Positions 26,519 through 35,269 of a DNA stretch of 48,832 bases are shown one piece after another (position 1 is the stretch's first letter; each line of letters starts with the position of its first letter). The stretch is taken from NCBI GenBank assembly GCA_038252265.1, contig JBBSAN010000001.1, positions 1-48,832 of the forward strand, written 5' to 3'. Below the pieces are notes generated by a model. That model was given only the letters and a program-made list of their open reading frames with translations, was not told where the DNA came from and did not search any database. The stretch is from Chloroflexia bacterium. Its GTDB lineage: Bacteria > Chloroflexota > Chloroflexia > QHBQ01 > JAICKM01. The translations under genes and the position numbers were made by a program.

Positions 26519-27382
26519 TTACTCTGCGGGGGCCGCAGGCTCGCCGCCGGCTGACGCGGTCTGCCGGACAACGTTGTGCGAGAGCGCACGCAGGATGGCT
26601 TTCATCTGGAAGATCGTCAGGTAGGGATGGTTGGCGATGATCTTGGTGATGATGCCGGTGATGTGCGGGGCGGCGAAGCTGTTGCCCGTGGCGGTGATCC
26701 ATTCGCCGCCGGCCCAGGGCACCCGGACCCCCGTGCCGAAGGCCCCGAATTCCACCGGCGGCTCCGGGTTATAGTAAAACACATCGGGATCCTGGAGGCT
26801 GTGCGAGGCTACCGAGAAGACCGAGGCATACATCGACGGGAAGCTGGGGATGGGCATGTTATTGGCCGCCGTGACCAGCATGATGTTGCGGAAGTAGGCG
26901 CGATCGGCCAGTTCGTGGAAGGTAGCAAAAAAATCTTTCTTGGTCGTGCCCAGGCTCAAGTTGCAGACGTGCATCTCGTTGTCGAGCGCCCATTTGAGGC
27001 CCGCCGCAAAAATGACCCCCCGGCCCGACAGCCCGGCCCCCAGCACCTTCACGCTATACAATTCACAGTCGGGAGCCAGCGCCCGGATAATCCCGGCACA
27101 GGCGGTGCCGTGGCCGTAGGAGTCCTCGTGGGGGGCCGTGTTGTAGATGAGCTTCCCATCGGTCTCCGGGTCCTCGGTAATCTCGACATAGCCCTGAACC
27201 CCGCCCACTGCGGGATGGTTGGCATCGATCCCGCTGTCGATGACGGCGACCTTGACCCCTTTACCCGTGCTGCCACCCCAGGCCCAGTCGGCCTTGATAT
27301 TATCCAGCGGCAGGATCGCCTGGAGGGGCGACAGCACGTCCGAGTCAAACTGGGAGCTCCACGCAAGGCGGCGCTTCGTCAT
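26519..27382 (-). CDS. Subtilisin-like S8 serine peptidase, no signal peptide
   Basis: Catalytic Asp VAVIDSGID, His HGTACAG, Asn NLSLG and Ser GNSFAAPHITG. ATG 27382 shares its A with the TAA stop of the upstream GAF gene. The N-terminus MTKRRLAWSSQFD is not hydrophobic. Confidence 0.9.
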   Translation of the reverse strand: MTKRRLAWSSQFDSDVLSPLQAILPLDNIKADWAWGGSTGKGVKVAVIDSGIDANHPAVGGVQGYVEITEDPETDGKLIYNTAPHEDSYGHGTACAGIIRALAPDCELYSVKVLGAGLSGRGVIFAAGLKWALDNEMHVCNLSLGTTKKDFFATFHELADRAYFRNIMLVTAANNMPIPSFPSMYASVFSVASHSLQDPDVFYYNPEPPVEFGAFGTGVRVPWAGGEWITATGNSFAAPHITGIITKIIANHPYLTIFQMKAILRALSHNVVRQTASAGGEPAAPAE

Positions 27383-28269
27383 TACATGGCTCCTAACTCC
27401 GCCATGGTCATCGGGCGGGCACGCAGATATTCCAGGAAGTTGCTCAGGATGGAATGGCACAATTTGGCCTCGGCAGGTCCGGCCCAGGTCAGTTCTTGCA
27501 CCATCCGGGCTAGCTCCAGCGCCTGCTGGTAGGCAGGATCGGCCTCAGTATGCTGGCCGAAGAGAATGGCCCCCCGGTGCAGCCCTTCCCGCCGGTGCTC
27601 GTCCATCCCGCCGAAGGACTGGAGCACTTCCAGGATCAGCCCGGCCAGGTTGCGGTGAGTCCGCGACTGCTCGATGGCGACGGCGGCCTGGTTGGCAAAC
27701 AAGCCCAGGATGTGAATATCGTTCTCATCGAACGCGGGCGCGCCCTCTTTATCGAGCAGTTCCAGCACCCCGATGATCTGGTCATTAAAAAAGAGGGGGA
27801 CGCAGACGATGTTCTGGGGCACGTAGCCCACGCTCTGGGCGATGTCCGCCGCCTGCCGGCTGTCCTTCTGGGCATCGGACACGGCCATCGGCTGGCCGGT
27901 CACGGCGACCAGACCCGCGATCCCGTGGCCGAGCGGCAGGCGGAATTTCTTGACCTCGCTCGCCTTTTGCCCGAGCGCGATTTCGAACATTAATTCCTGC
28001 GTCTCCTGGTCGATCAGGAAGAGCGCGGCGGCCTTGGCCGAAATCACATTCGCCGCGGTTTCGACGATCATCTCCAGCAAGCGGCTATAGGTGACTGGAG
28101 AAGCGATGGTTCCGGCGGCTGACGCTAAAATAAGTGCTTCCCGCAACTCCTCGGCAAAACGTTCGTCCGCCAGGCGGCGGCGCAGGCGCTCGACCTCGAC
28201 CCCTTCCCGGTTGCCTGCCTTGTTCTCGTCAGGCGTTGACTGGTTCCCATTGCCACTCGTATCACTCAT
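27382..28269 (-). CDS. GAF-domain protein
   Basis: GAF-like core AAALFLIDQETQELMFEIALG...GIAGLVAVTGQPMAVSD...NIVCVPLFFNDQIIGVLELLDK, then a helical C-terminal region. ATG 28269 is preceded by AAGGAGG; the ORF-track extension to 28371 is rejected. Confidence 0.8.
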   Translation of the reverse strand: MSDTSGNGNQSTPDENKAGNREGVEVERLRRRLADERFAEELREALILASAAGTIASPVTYSRLLEMIVETAANVISAKAAALFLIDQETQELMFEIALGQKASEVKKFRLPLGHGIAGLVAVTGQPMAVSDAQKDSRQAADIAQSVGYVPQNIVCVPLFFNDQIIGVLELLDKEGAPAFDENDIHILGLFANQAAVAIEQSRTHRNLAGLILEVLQSFGGMDEHRREGLHRGAILFGQHTEADPAYQQALELARMVQELTWAGPAEAKLCHSILSNFLEYLRARPMTMAELGAM

Positions 28270-28293
28270 CGTTAACCTCCTTATTTGCCCCGC

Positions 28294-28322
28294 ATTGTAC
28301 GGGAAACGCCCTCGGTTGTCAA
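28294..28322 (-). promoter_or_regulatory. Sigma-70 promoter (TTGACA-17-TACAAT on the minus strand) for the GAF-S8 operon
   Basis: Minus-strand TTGACA = 28322-28317, a 17-bp spacer, TACAAT = 28299-28294, about 25 nt upstream of the start codon. Confidence 0.6.
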
Positions 28323-28432
28323 TACGAAAGGCAGGCAAATTTCCCCCCAATACGGCCAAGGGCACGCACATAATTGTTGCTAGTTTTTCATCTGATCAAC
28401 CAGCCTTATCCTGTGGTACTGCAATTGTGAAC

Positions 28433-28461
28433 TTGACAGCATGGCTGATTCGTGGTATCCT
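28433..28461 (+). promoter_or_regulatory. Sigma-70 promoter (TTGACA-17-TATCCT) for the cyclase-STAND gene
   Basis: -35 at 28433-28438, a 17-bp spacer, -10 at 28456-28461. Divergent from the GAF promoter. Confidence 0.55.
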
Positions 28462-28596
28462 CGGTCCATCTTTCCTACCTACACACCCTACCCAATTCCG
28501 GTCACCGCCAGACCCTAACTGAATAATCCAGTGCATTGGAATTAGCCCCTAAGCCGCAGCAAATGTTGGCTTGTCATGTTGCATAGGAGGCACTGA

Positions 28597-31530
28597 TTGC
28601 AAAGGTTACCTACCGGTACCATTACCTTTCTCTTCACCGATATCGAAGGCAGCACTAAGCGCTGGGAAGCATATCCCGAGTCGATGAAAGTGGCGGTGGC
28701 CCGCCACGATCAGTTGATGCGGGGCATCATCGAGGCCCACGAGGGCTACGTCTTCAAAACGATCGGAGACGCCTTCTGCGCGGCCTTTCCCACGGCGCGG
28801 CTTGGGCTGGCCGCAACCATCGCGGCGCAATATGCCCTCTATGCTGAGGAGTGGGGCGAGTGTGGCCCGATCCGGGTGCGGATGGCCCTGCACACGGGCA
28901 GCGCCGACGAGCGCGACAATGACTACTTTGGCCCCACCGTGAACCGCGTCGCCCGGTTGCTTTCCGGCGGGCACGGGGGGCAGATCCTCCTCTCGCTGCC
29001 CACCTGCGAACTGGTGCGCGACGCGCTCCCTGCCGGGGCCACCTTGCACGATATGGGGCAGCACCGCCTGAAAGACCTGGCGCGCCCCGAGCACATCTTC
29101 CAGATCACGCTGGCGGATCTGCCCACCGACTTCCCGGTGCTCAAAACGCTCGACGCCCGGCCTAATAACCTGCCCGCCCAACCTACCCCGTTTATTGGCC
29201 GCGACCGCGAGTTACAGGCGGCCAGCACCTTCTTGCGCGAAAAAGCGGTGCGCCTGCTGACCTTCACCGGGCCGGGGGGGACCGGCAAGACGCGGCTCAG
29301 TTTGCAGGTGGCGGCGAATCTGATCGAGGATTTTGAGGACGGCGTTTATTTTAGTCCCCTGGAATTATTAACCGATGTCGATCAGGTGCTCGCCAGCCTG
29401 GCACAGACCCTCAGCATCCGGACGACCAGTGATCGGCCCCTGCTGCAAAGCCTGAAAGAGTACCTGCGGGACCGGCACATTCTGCTGGTGCTGGATAATT
29501 TCGAGCAGGTGGTGGCTGCCGGCCCCTTTGTTACCGAGTTGCTCGCTGCCGCGCCCCACCTCAAGCTGCTGGTCACCACCCGCACGACGCTGCATGTGTA
29601 TGGCGAACAGGCCTTCCCGGTGTCCCCGCTGACGACCCCGAACCCGCGCGCCATGCCCCGCTTTGCCGATTTGGGCCAGTATGAAGCGGTCCAACTGTTT
29701 GTCGCCCGTGCCCAGGCGATTAAACCCGATCTGCAACTCACGCCCGAGAACGCTGCCGCCATCGTCGGGATTTGCCACCGGTTGGATGGTCTGCCCCTGG
29801 CGATTGAACTGGCTGCCGCCCGGATCAAGTTGTTCACCCCGCAGGCCATGTTGAGCCGGTTAGAGAATTCGCTGAAGCTGCTGACCGGGGGGGCACGCGA
29901 TCTGCCGACCCGCCAGCAAACGTTGCGCGGCGCGATCGACTGGAGCTACGATCTGCTGGACGCCGACGAAAAGGTCCTCTTTGCGCGGATGAGCGTGTTC
30001 TACGGGGCCACGCTGGAAGCCATTGAAGCGGTGGCGAATGCCGATGGCGATCTGGTGATCGATCTGTTTGACGGCATCGAATCGTTGGTCAACAAGAACC
30101 TGTTGCGCCAGGAAGATCAGGCCGACGGCGAGTCGCGCTTCGTGATGCTGGCGACGATCCGCGACTACGGTCTGGAACGGCTGAACCAGAGCGGCGAAAC
30201 CGATCTCCTCAATCAACGCCATGCCGCCCACTATCTGGCCCTGGCGCAGGAAGCGGAGCAGCACTTACGCGGGGGCTTGCAGACCACCTGGCTGGATCGG
30301 CTGGAGGCGGAGCATGATAACCTGCGGGCCGCGCTGCGCTTGTCGATCGAGCAGGGCGCAGCGGACGATGGGTTGCGCATCGGGACGGCGTTGCTGCCGT
30401 TCTGGGAGGTTCGCGGCCACTGGGGCGAAGGACGCCAGTTGCTGGAGTCGCTGCTCGCCCTGTCGGGGGCCAACGCCGAAGTGCAGGGGTATATGGCGGA
30501 CGCGGGCACCGGCCAGGCCATGATCGTCGGGGTCCCTACGGTCTTGCGCGCCAAAGCGCTGGTCGGGGCGGGCACCCTGGCCCTACGCCAGGGCGATCTC
30601 ACCCGGGCCAGGACGTTGTACGCCGAAAGTCTGGCGATCGGGCAGGTCCTGAACAATCCCCGCGAGATCGCCAGCGCCCTGAATAGCCTGGCGACGGTAC
30701 ACCAACGCCAGGGCGATTACGCGGAGGCCTACCGGCTCTATGAAGAAACGCTCCAGATCCGGCGGCAGTTGAATGACCGCAAAGGCATTGCGGCCTCGTT
30801 GAACAATCTGGCGAATCTGACCTACCGGCAGGGCGACTACGTTCGGGCCAAGGCGCTGTATGAAGAGAGCCTGGTTCTCCGGCGCGCCTTGAACGACCGG
30901 GGCGGGGTCGCGGCGTCGCTCAACAACCTGGGCAATGTCAGCTACCGGCAGGGCGATCTCGCCCGGGCGGCATTCCTCTTTGAGGAGGGCCTGGCGGTGC
31001 GGCGCGCCCTGGGCGACCGCCCAGGGATCGCGTCCATGCTCAACAATCTCGCCAACGTGCGCCACAAGCAAGGCGATCAAGCGCAGGCGACCGCCTTCTA
31101 TGAAGAGAGTTTAGACATCAAGCGGGAACTGGGCGATCAACTGGGCATGGCCTACTCGCTGCATGGGCTGGGCAGTGTGGCCTTTATGCGCGGCGATCAC
31201 GACCGCGCCCGTGTGCTGTACACCGAAAGCCTGGTGCTGACCTGGAAGCTGGGTGACAAGTGGGGTGTGGCCCAGGCCCTGGAAGACCTGGCCCGCCTGG
31301 CGAACACGCAAGGGCACCTGGAACGGGCACTACGCCTGGCGGCGGCGTCAGCAGGGCTACAGTTGGCCCTGGGGGCGGTGAGTTCCGCTGCCGAGCAGAT
31401 CACCCGTGAACGCTGGTTGGATGCCGCCCACGCCGCGCTGGGCGACACGGCAGCCGCTGTCTGGGCCGCAGGTCAGGCGGCCCCGCTGGAGCAACTGGTT
31501 AGTGAAGCACTGGGAGAGGGTGTTGTCTAG
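28597..31530 (+). CDS. Class III adenylate/guanylate cyclase domain + P-loop NTPase (NB-ARC/AAA-like) + TPR array; no DNA-binding domain seen
   Basis: GTITFLFTDIEGST, FKTIGDAFCAAF and DYFGPTVNRVARL give the cyclase metal Asp pair and Asn/Arg. Walker A FTGPGGTGKT and Walker B ILLVLDNFEQV. At least 8 TPR units with the pattern A.SLNNLA.V...QGDY..A...YEESL.I.R.L.D. TTG start preceded by AGGAGG. Confidence 0.9.
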   Translation: MQRLPTGTITFLFTDIEGSTKRWEAYPESMKVAVARHDQLMRGIIEAHEGYVFKTIGDAFCAAFPTARLGLAATIAAQYALYAEEWGECGPIRVRMALHTGSADERDNDYFGPTVNRVARLLSGGHGGQILLSLPTCELVRDALPAGATLHDMGQHRLKDLARPEHIFQITLADLPTDFPVLKTLDARPNNLPAQPTPFIGRDRELQAASTFLREKAVRLLTFTGPGGTGKTRLSLQVAANLIEDFEDGVYFSPLELLTDVDQVLASLAQTLSIRTTSDRPLLQSLKEYLRDRHILLVLDNFEQVVAAGPFVTELLAAAPHLKLLVTTRTTLHVYGEQAFPVSPLTTPNPRAMPRFADLGQYEAVQLFVARAQAIKPDLQLTPENAAAIVGICHRLDGLPLAIELAAARIKLFTPQAMLSRLENSLKLLTGGARDLPTRQQTLRGAIDWSYDLLDADEKVLFARMSVFYGATLEAIEAVANADGDLVIDLFDGIESLVNKNLLRQEDQADGESRFVMLATIRDYGLERLNQSGETDLLNQRHAAHYLALAQEAEQHLRGGLQTTWLDRLEAEHDNLRAALRLSIEQGAADDGLRIGTALLPFWEVRGHWGEGRQLLESLLALSGANAEVQGYMADAGTGQAMIVGVPTVLRAKALVGAGTLALRQGDLTRARTLYAESLAIGQVLNNPREIASALNSLATVHQRQGDYAEAYRLYEETLQIRRQLNDRKGIAASLNNLANLTYRQGDYVRAKALYEESLVLRRALNDRGGVAASLNNLGNVSYRQGDLARAAFLFEEGLAVRRALGDRPGIASMLNNLANVRHKQGDQAQATAFYEESLDIKRELGDQLGMAYSLHGLGSVAFMRGDHDRARVLYTESLVLTWKLGDKWGVAQALEDLARLANTQGHLERALRLAAASAGLQLALGAVSSAAEQITRERWLDAAHAALGDTAAAVWAAGQAAPLEQLVSEALGEGVV

Positions 31531-31570
31531 CCGGGCACTCGTCGCTAGCCAGCCGGGGGCGGGCGGGTTC

Positions 31571-31602
31571 GTCACCCTTTTGTCACTCGGCTGTGCTATA
31601 AA
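31571..31602 (+). promoter_or_regulatory. SARP-box promoter B: GTCACCC-TTTT-GTCACTC-GGCTGTGC-TATAAA
   Basis: Same geometry as box A: 11-bp heptamer period and 8 bp to the -10. 27 of 32 positions are identical, and both continue with AT. Starts 41 nt after the cyclase-STAND stop and 386 nt upstream of the TOMM operon. Confidence 0.65.
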
Positions 31603-31988
31603 ATGACCATGACGTGGTTGCATCGCGCTGCGGGCTGTTCAGCGTGCCGTGTTCTGGCTGGTTTCTTCGTGTCGGCCAGGGTGCGCTGGTCATCCGTCTG
31701 GTGTAGTCCTCCCTCTGATCACCCTCGGGGCCGCTGCGGTTGGTTATCGCCGCGGCACCCACGATCCCGTCATTGCCGCGCTGGGCCATCCAGGCACCAG
31801 TTCCCAACGCCCATCACGCCCAGGCTCGACCGAAACCGGTTACCGGTTATGATAGACACCTGCCGCCAGGACTCGGGGTTTAATGGTTGGGTGGGTGCCG
31901 CGTTACGGGGGTCCTGCTGACTTGCGCGGGCATATCCTCCAGAAGCGATCTCCATGATCTTCGATTTCAATGGAAAGGTCTCTGCATT

Positions 31989-33095
31989 ATGAAACTCGAT
32001 TTAAAGACCAATCAAGAACCCAAGTTGCAACCGATGCGGGTCCAACTGATCCCCACCAAGAACGGCGTCATCCTCAAGCGGGGGCGCGTCGAATTCAAGG
32101 TCGAGGGCAGCCGGGCCACCGAAGTGGTGCAGGCGATCCTGACCCATGCCGCCAACGGCCTGGGCCGCGACGCGATCTGCGACCACTTCGCCGCACCGGA
32201 TCGGGGCGTGGTGGAACGGCTGATCCGGCAACTCGAATCGCGGCGGATCTTGATGCCCGCCGATGCCGACGGGGCCACCCCGGCCAGCGACGATAATTTT
32301 GAACCCAACCTGGATGTGTTCTACTGGCACTTCGGCCTGAAAACCGAAGAAGTGACCAAGCGCCTGAACGACCGCCAGATCGCCATCATGGGCGTCAACA
32401 CCATTTCGCGCCAACTGGCCCAGACACTGCGCGCCGCCGGGATGGAAAACGTGACCCTGGTAGACTATCCGCTCCTGACCAACCTGCGCCTCTATAACGA
32501 GGACGGGGAGCTGATGCCGGGCGAGTGGCCCGAGTCGCTGGGCCAACCGGTGGACTACAAAGGGTGGATCACCAATGTGGAGCCGAGCGAACTGGACTGC
32601 CTGGTGGCAACGTCGGACTTCGGCGGGCTGCAACTGATGCGCCAGTGGAATGAGTTCTGCGTGCAGAACCGCTGCCACTTCCTGCCGATTGTGCTGCAAG
32701 ACCTGGTCGGCTATGTCGGCCCGATGATTGTTCCGGGCGAGACGGCCTGCTTTGAATGCCTGCGGGCGCGGCAGAACTCAAACATGGAAGACCCGGAAAG
32801 CCAGCGCACCTCGGAAGGCTCGGCCTTTGAAAGCCAGAGCGTGGTCGGCTTCCACCCGGCGATGGCCGCTATTCTGGGCGATATCGCCGCGCTGGAATTG
32901 ACCCGCTTCTATGGCGGGTGGATGCAGTCGCGCCTGGGCGGCAATCTGATTGAAGTGAACCTGATCGCCATGCAGATGGCGACACGCCGCGTGCTGCGCG
33001 TCCCGCGCTGCCGGGTCTGCGGCACACTGAATGTGCATGGCACGGTGAGTCCGAACAAGTACGCCTTCATGCCGGGTCACGAGGTCGGCGAATGA
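31989..33095 (+). CDS. TOMM cyclodehydratase partner (E1/ThiF-like 'C' protein with N-terminal RRE-like leader-binding region)
   Basis: N-terminal beta-strand/helix region NGVILKRGRVEFKVEG..VVQAILTHA...VVERLIRQLESRRIL resembles a PqqD-like RRE. Rossmann-like IAIMGVNTISRQLAQTL. Paired CFEC and RCRVCG motifs typical of E1-like/Ocin-ThiF-like proteins. Confidence 0.8.
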   Translation: MKLDLKTNQEPKLQPMRVQLIPTKNGVILKRGRVEFKVEGSRATEVVQAILTHAANGLGRDAICDHFAAPDRGVVERLIRQLESRRILMPADADGATPASDDNFEPNLDVFYWHFGLKTEEVTKRLNDRQIAIMGVNTISRQLAQTLRAAGMENVTLVDYPLLTNLRLYNEDGELMPGEWPESLGQPVDYKGWITNVEPSELDCLVATSDFGGLQLMRQWNEFCVQNRCHFLPIVLQDLVGYVGPMIVPGETACFECLRARQNSNMEDPESQRTSEGSAFESQSVVGFHPAMAAILGDIAALELTRFYGGWMQSRLGGNLIEVNLIAMQMATRRVLRVPRCRVCGTLNVHGTVSPNKYAFMPGHEVGE

Positions 33096-34429
33096 AAGTT
33101 GCTGCCACACCGTCCTCCCTGCAACGGCTGATCGACCTGTACGATGACCTGGTCGATCCCCACGTGGGCATTGTGCAGACCGTGGAAGAAGTGCCGCGCG
33201 AGATCGGGTCGCCCGACTTCCACCACTTCGCGGGCCGGGCCTGCAACACCGCCGCCTTCAGCCGTCATGCCAACTTCCGCAACACCGGGGGTGCCTCCGT
33301 CAACCGCGATATCGCCCTGGCGAAGGCCATCGGGGAGGCGGTCGAACGCTATTGCAGCGCGTTGTACGAGATCGAAGAGTTGCCCCTGGTTTCCTATGAG
33401 GATGCGCCGTTTCCCTGCGTCGCCCCCGACAGCTTTGCCCTCTATAGCCCCGAACAATACGAGCGCCCCGGCTTCCCCTGGACGCCGTTTGACGAGTCCA
33501 CCCCGGTGCGCTGGACCCCCGCGCTCGATCTTGCCACCGGGCAGCCCTGCCACGTTCCGGCGGCGATGGTCTACGTCCCCTACTTTTTCTACCAGGGGAC
33601 GGGCGACGCGCCGATTGTCCAGCCGATTTCCACCGGCCTGGCCTGCCACTCCAGCCCCGCCGAGGCGGCGATCAGCGGCATCTGCGAGGCGGTAGAGCGC
33701 GACGCTTTCACCATCACCTGGCAGGCGATGATCTCGGCCCCCCAACTGCGGGTTGAAACCCTGAGCGACGAAAACTATAACCTGGTGGAGCGTTTCGAGA
33801 GCACCGGCAGCAGCGTCGTTGTTCTCAATATCACGATGGACGTGGGCATCCCCACCTTCCTGTCGGTGCTGCGTAGCACCGCGCCAGAGGCCCCCGCGCT
33901 GGTCTTTGCCGCCGCGACCGACCTAGATCCCGAAAAGGCGGTACGCAAGAGCCTGGAAGAACTGGCCCACACCCGCCGCTACTCGCAGCAAATCAAGGCG
34001 CGGATGCCCCGGATGGTGCCCGATCCCGAGCATACCAACGTGAAGGATCAGATCGCCCACCTCAACTTCTGGACCGATCAGGCCAACGCGCCCCTGGCCG
34101 ACTTTATTTTCGCCTCACCGGTGCGGCAAGACTTCAGCCGCATTGAGAACCGCGCCACCGGGGACCCGCAGCGCGATCTCCAGATCCTGGTCGAGATGGT
34201 GCAGGCGGTGAATCACCGGGTGCTGATCGCCGATGTGAGCACGCCCGATATCGAAGCCCTCGGCCTGACCGTCGTGCGGGCGGTCATCCCCGGTTTCCAC
34301 CCGCTGTTCATGGGGTTTGGCATCCGGGGCCTGGGCGGAACCCGCCTGTGGGAAGTGCCGCAAAAACTGGGCTACAAAGGCATCGCCCGCGAAACCGGCG
34401 ACAACCCCGAGCCTCACCCTTATCCGTAG
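33092..34429 (+). CDS. YcaO-family azoline-forming cyclodehydratase ('D' protein)
   Basis: ATGA overlap with the C gene. GGASVNRDIALAKAIGEAVERYCS and GICEAVERDAF YcaO motifs. The extreme C-terminus EPHPYP fits the PxPxP motif associated with azoline-forming YcaOs. Confidence 0.9.
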   Translation: MKVAATPSSLQRLIDLYDDLVDPHVGIVQTVEEVPREIGSPDFHHFAGRACNTAAFSRHANFRNTGGASVNRDIALAKAIGEAVERYCSALYEIEELPLVSYEDAPFPCVAPDSFALYSPEQYERPGFPWTPFDESTPVRWTPALDLATGQPCHVPAAMVYVPYFFYQGTGDAPIVQPISTGLACHSSPAEAAISGICEAVERDAFTITWQAMISAPQLRVETLSDENYNLVERFESTGSSVVVLNITMDVGIPTFLSVLRSTAPEAPALVFAAATDLDPEKAVRKSLEELAHTRRYSQQIKARMPRMVPDPEHTNVKDQIAHLNFWTDQANAPLADFIFASPVRQDFSRIENRATGDPQRDLQILVEMVQAVNHRVLIADVSTPDIEALGLTVVRAVIPGFHPLFMGFGIRGLGGTRLWEVPQKLGYKGIARETGDNPEPHPYP

Positions 34430-34444
34430 AAAGAAGGGATCCCT

Positions 34445-35266
34445 ATGTTTTCCAAAACATGGAATGCCACGCGCCTGCCCGCCAAAGAGGAAGATAACCT
34501 CTGGGAACTGTTCCATGAGAATTCCAAGACGACCCGCTATTCCAACTATCCGCCCCCCGATCAAGTGCGGCGGCGGATGTCGCAACTGCTGGAAACCTTC
34601 CCCTACGAAGGCTACGAGTCGATCGCCCTGCCCGAAACGCGGGTACCGCTGCAACTCTCGCTAGAAGAGGCGATCATGACACGGGTGACCGCCCGGCGCA
34701 TGGCCCCGCAGCGCCTGACCCTGGAGCAACTGGGCACTCTCCTGCACTACGCCTACGGCATTAGCCGCGACAACAAGGGCACCGTCTTTCCGCGCCCGTT
34801 CCGGGTGATCCCGTCCGGCGGCGCGCTCTACCCGCTGGAAATCTACTTCCACACCAGCCATGTCGAGGGGCTGGAGGCGGGGGTGTACCACTACAACCCG
34901 CTCAAGAACAACCTGCAATTTCTGCAATATGGTGACGAGTCGCGCAAGCTGGCCGAGTCGATGGTCCAGCGCACGGTCGCCGTCGATTCGTCGCTGGTCA
35001 TGTTCATCACGGCGGTGTTCGACCGCTCGATCTTCAAGTACGCCGAGCGGGGCTATCGCTTCATCTTCCTGGAGGCCGGGCACCTGGCGCAGAATGTCAA
35101 CCTGGTCGCCACGGCGATGGGCCTGGGCGTGATCAATATCGGCGGCTATATCGATCAGCAGGTGGATGCCATGCTGGGCTTCGACGGCACCACGCAATCG
35201 ACGATCTACCTCACCGCCATCGGACAGCGGGTGGACGATGGAGGCGAAGTCGGGGCGAGGTTGTAG
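34445..35266 (+). CDS. SagB-type FMN-dependent azoline dehydrogenase (nitroreductase superfamily)
   Basis: VIPSGGALYPLEIY, RGYRFIFLEAGHLAQNV and the size (273 aa) are typical of SagB/ThcOx dehydrogenases. Confidence 0.9.
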   Translation: MFSKTWNATRLPAKEEDNLWELFHENSKTTRYSNYPPPDQVRRRMSQLLETFPYEGYESIALPETRVPLQLSLEEAIMTRVTARRMAPQRLTLEQLGTLLHYAYGISRDNKGTVFPRPFRVIPSGGALYPLEIYFHTSHVEGLEAGVYHYNPLKNNLQFLQYGDESRKLAESMVQRTVAVDSSLVMFITAVFDRSIFKYAERGYRFIFLEAGHLAQNVNLVATAMGLGVINIGGYIDQQVDAMLGFDGTTQSTIYLTAIGQRVDDGGEVGARL

Positions 35267-35269
35267 GCG

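Noticed and set aside
28597-31530. Cyclase-NTPase-TPR protein as a stand-alone antiphage STAND/Pycsar-like defence gene
   Set aside because: No adjacent dedicated effector (TIR, nuclease or pore) is present. The gene is flanked by RiPP genes and followed by the shared SARP-box promoter. Cyclase fusions have been described next to TOMM systems. The idea is retained only as a low-probability alternative in the cNMP finding.
31603-31920. ORFs 31603..31920 and 31649..31852 as possible TOMM precursor peptides
   Set aside because: There is no Shine-Dalgarno sequence. The first ATG overlaps the predicted -10/+1 region. Composition is Arg/Pro/Trp-rich and there is no Cys/Ser/Thr-rich C-terminal core. 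They are kept only as an open question under the long-leader finding.
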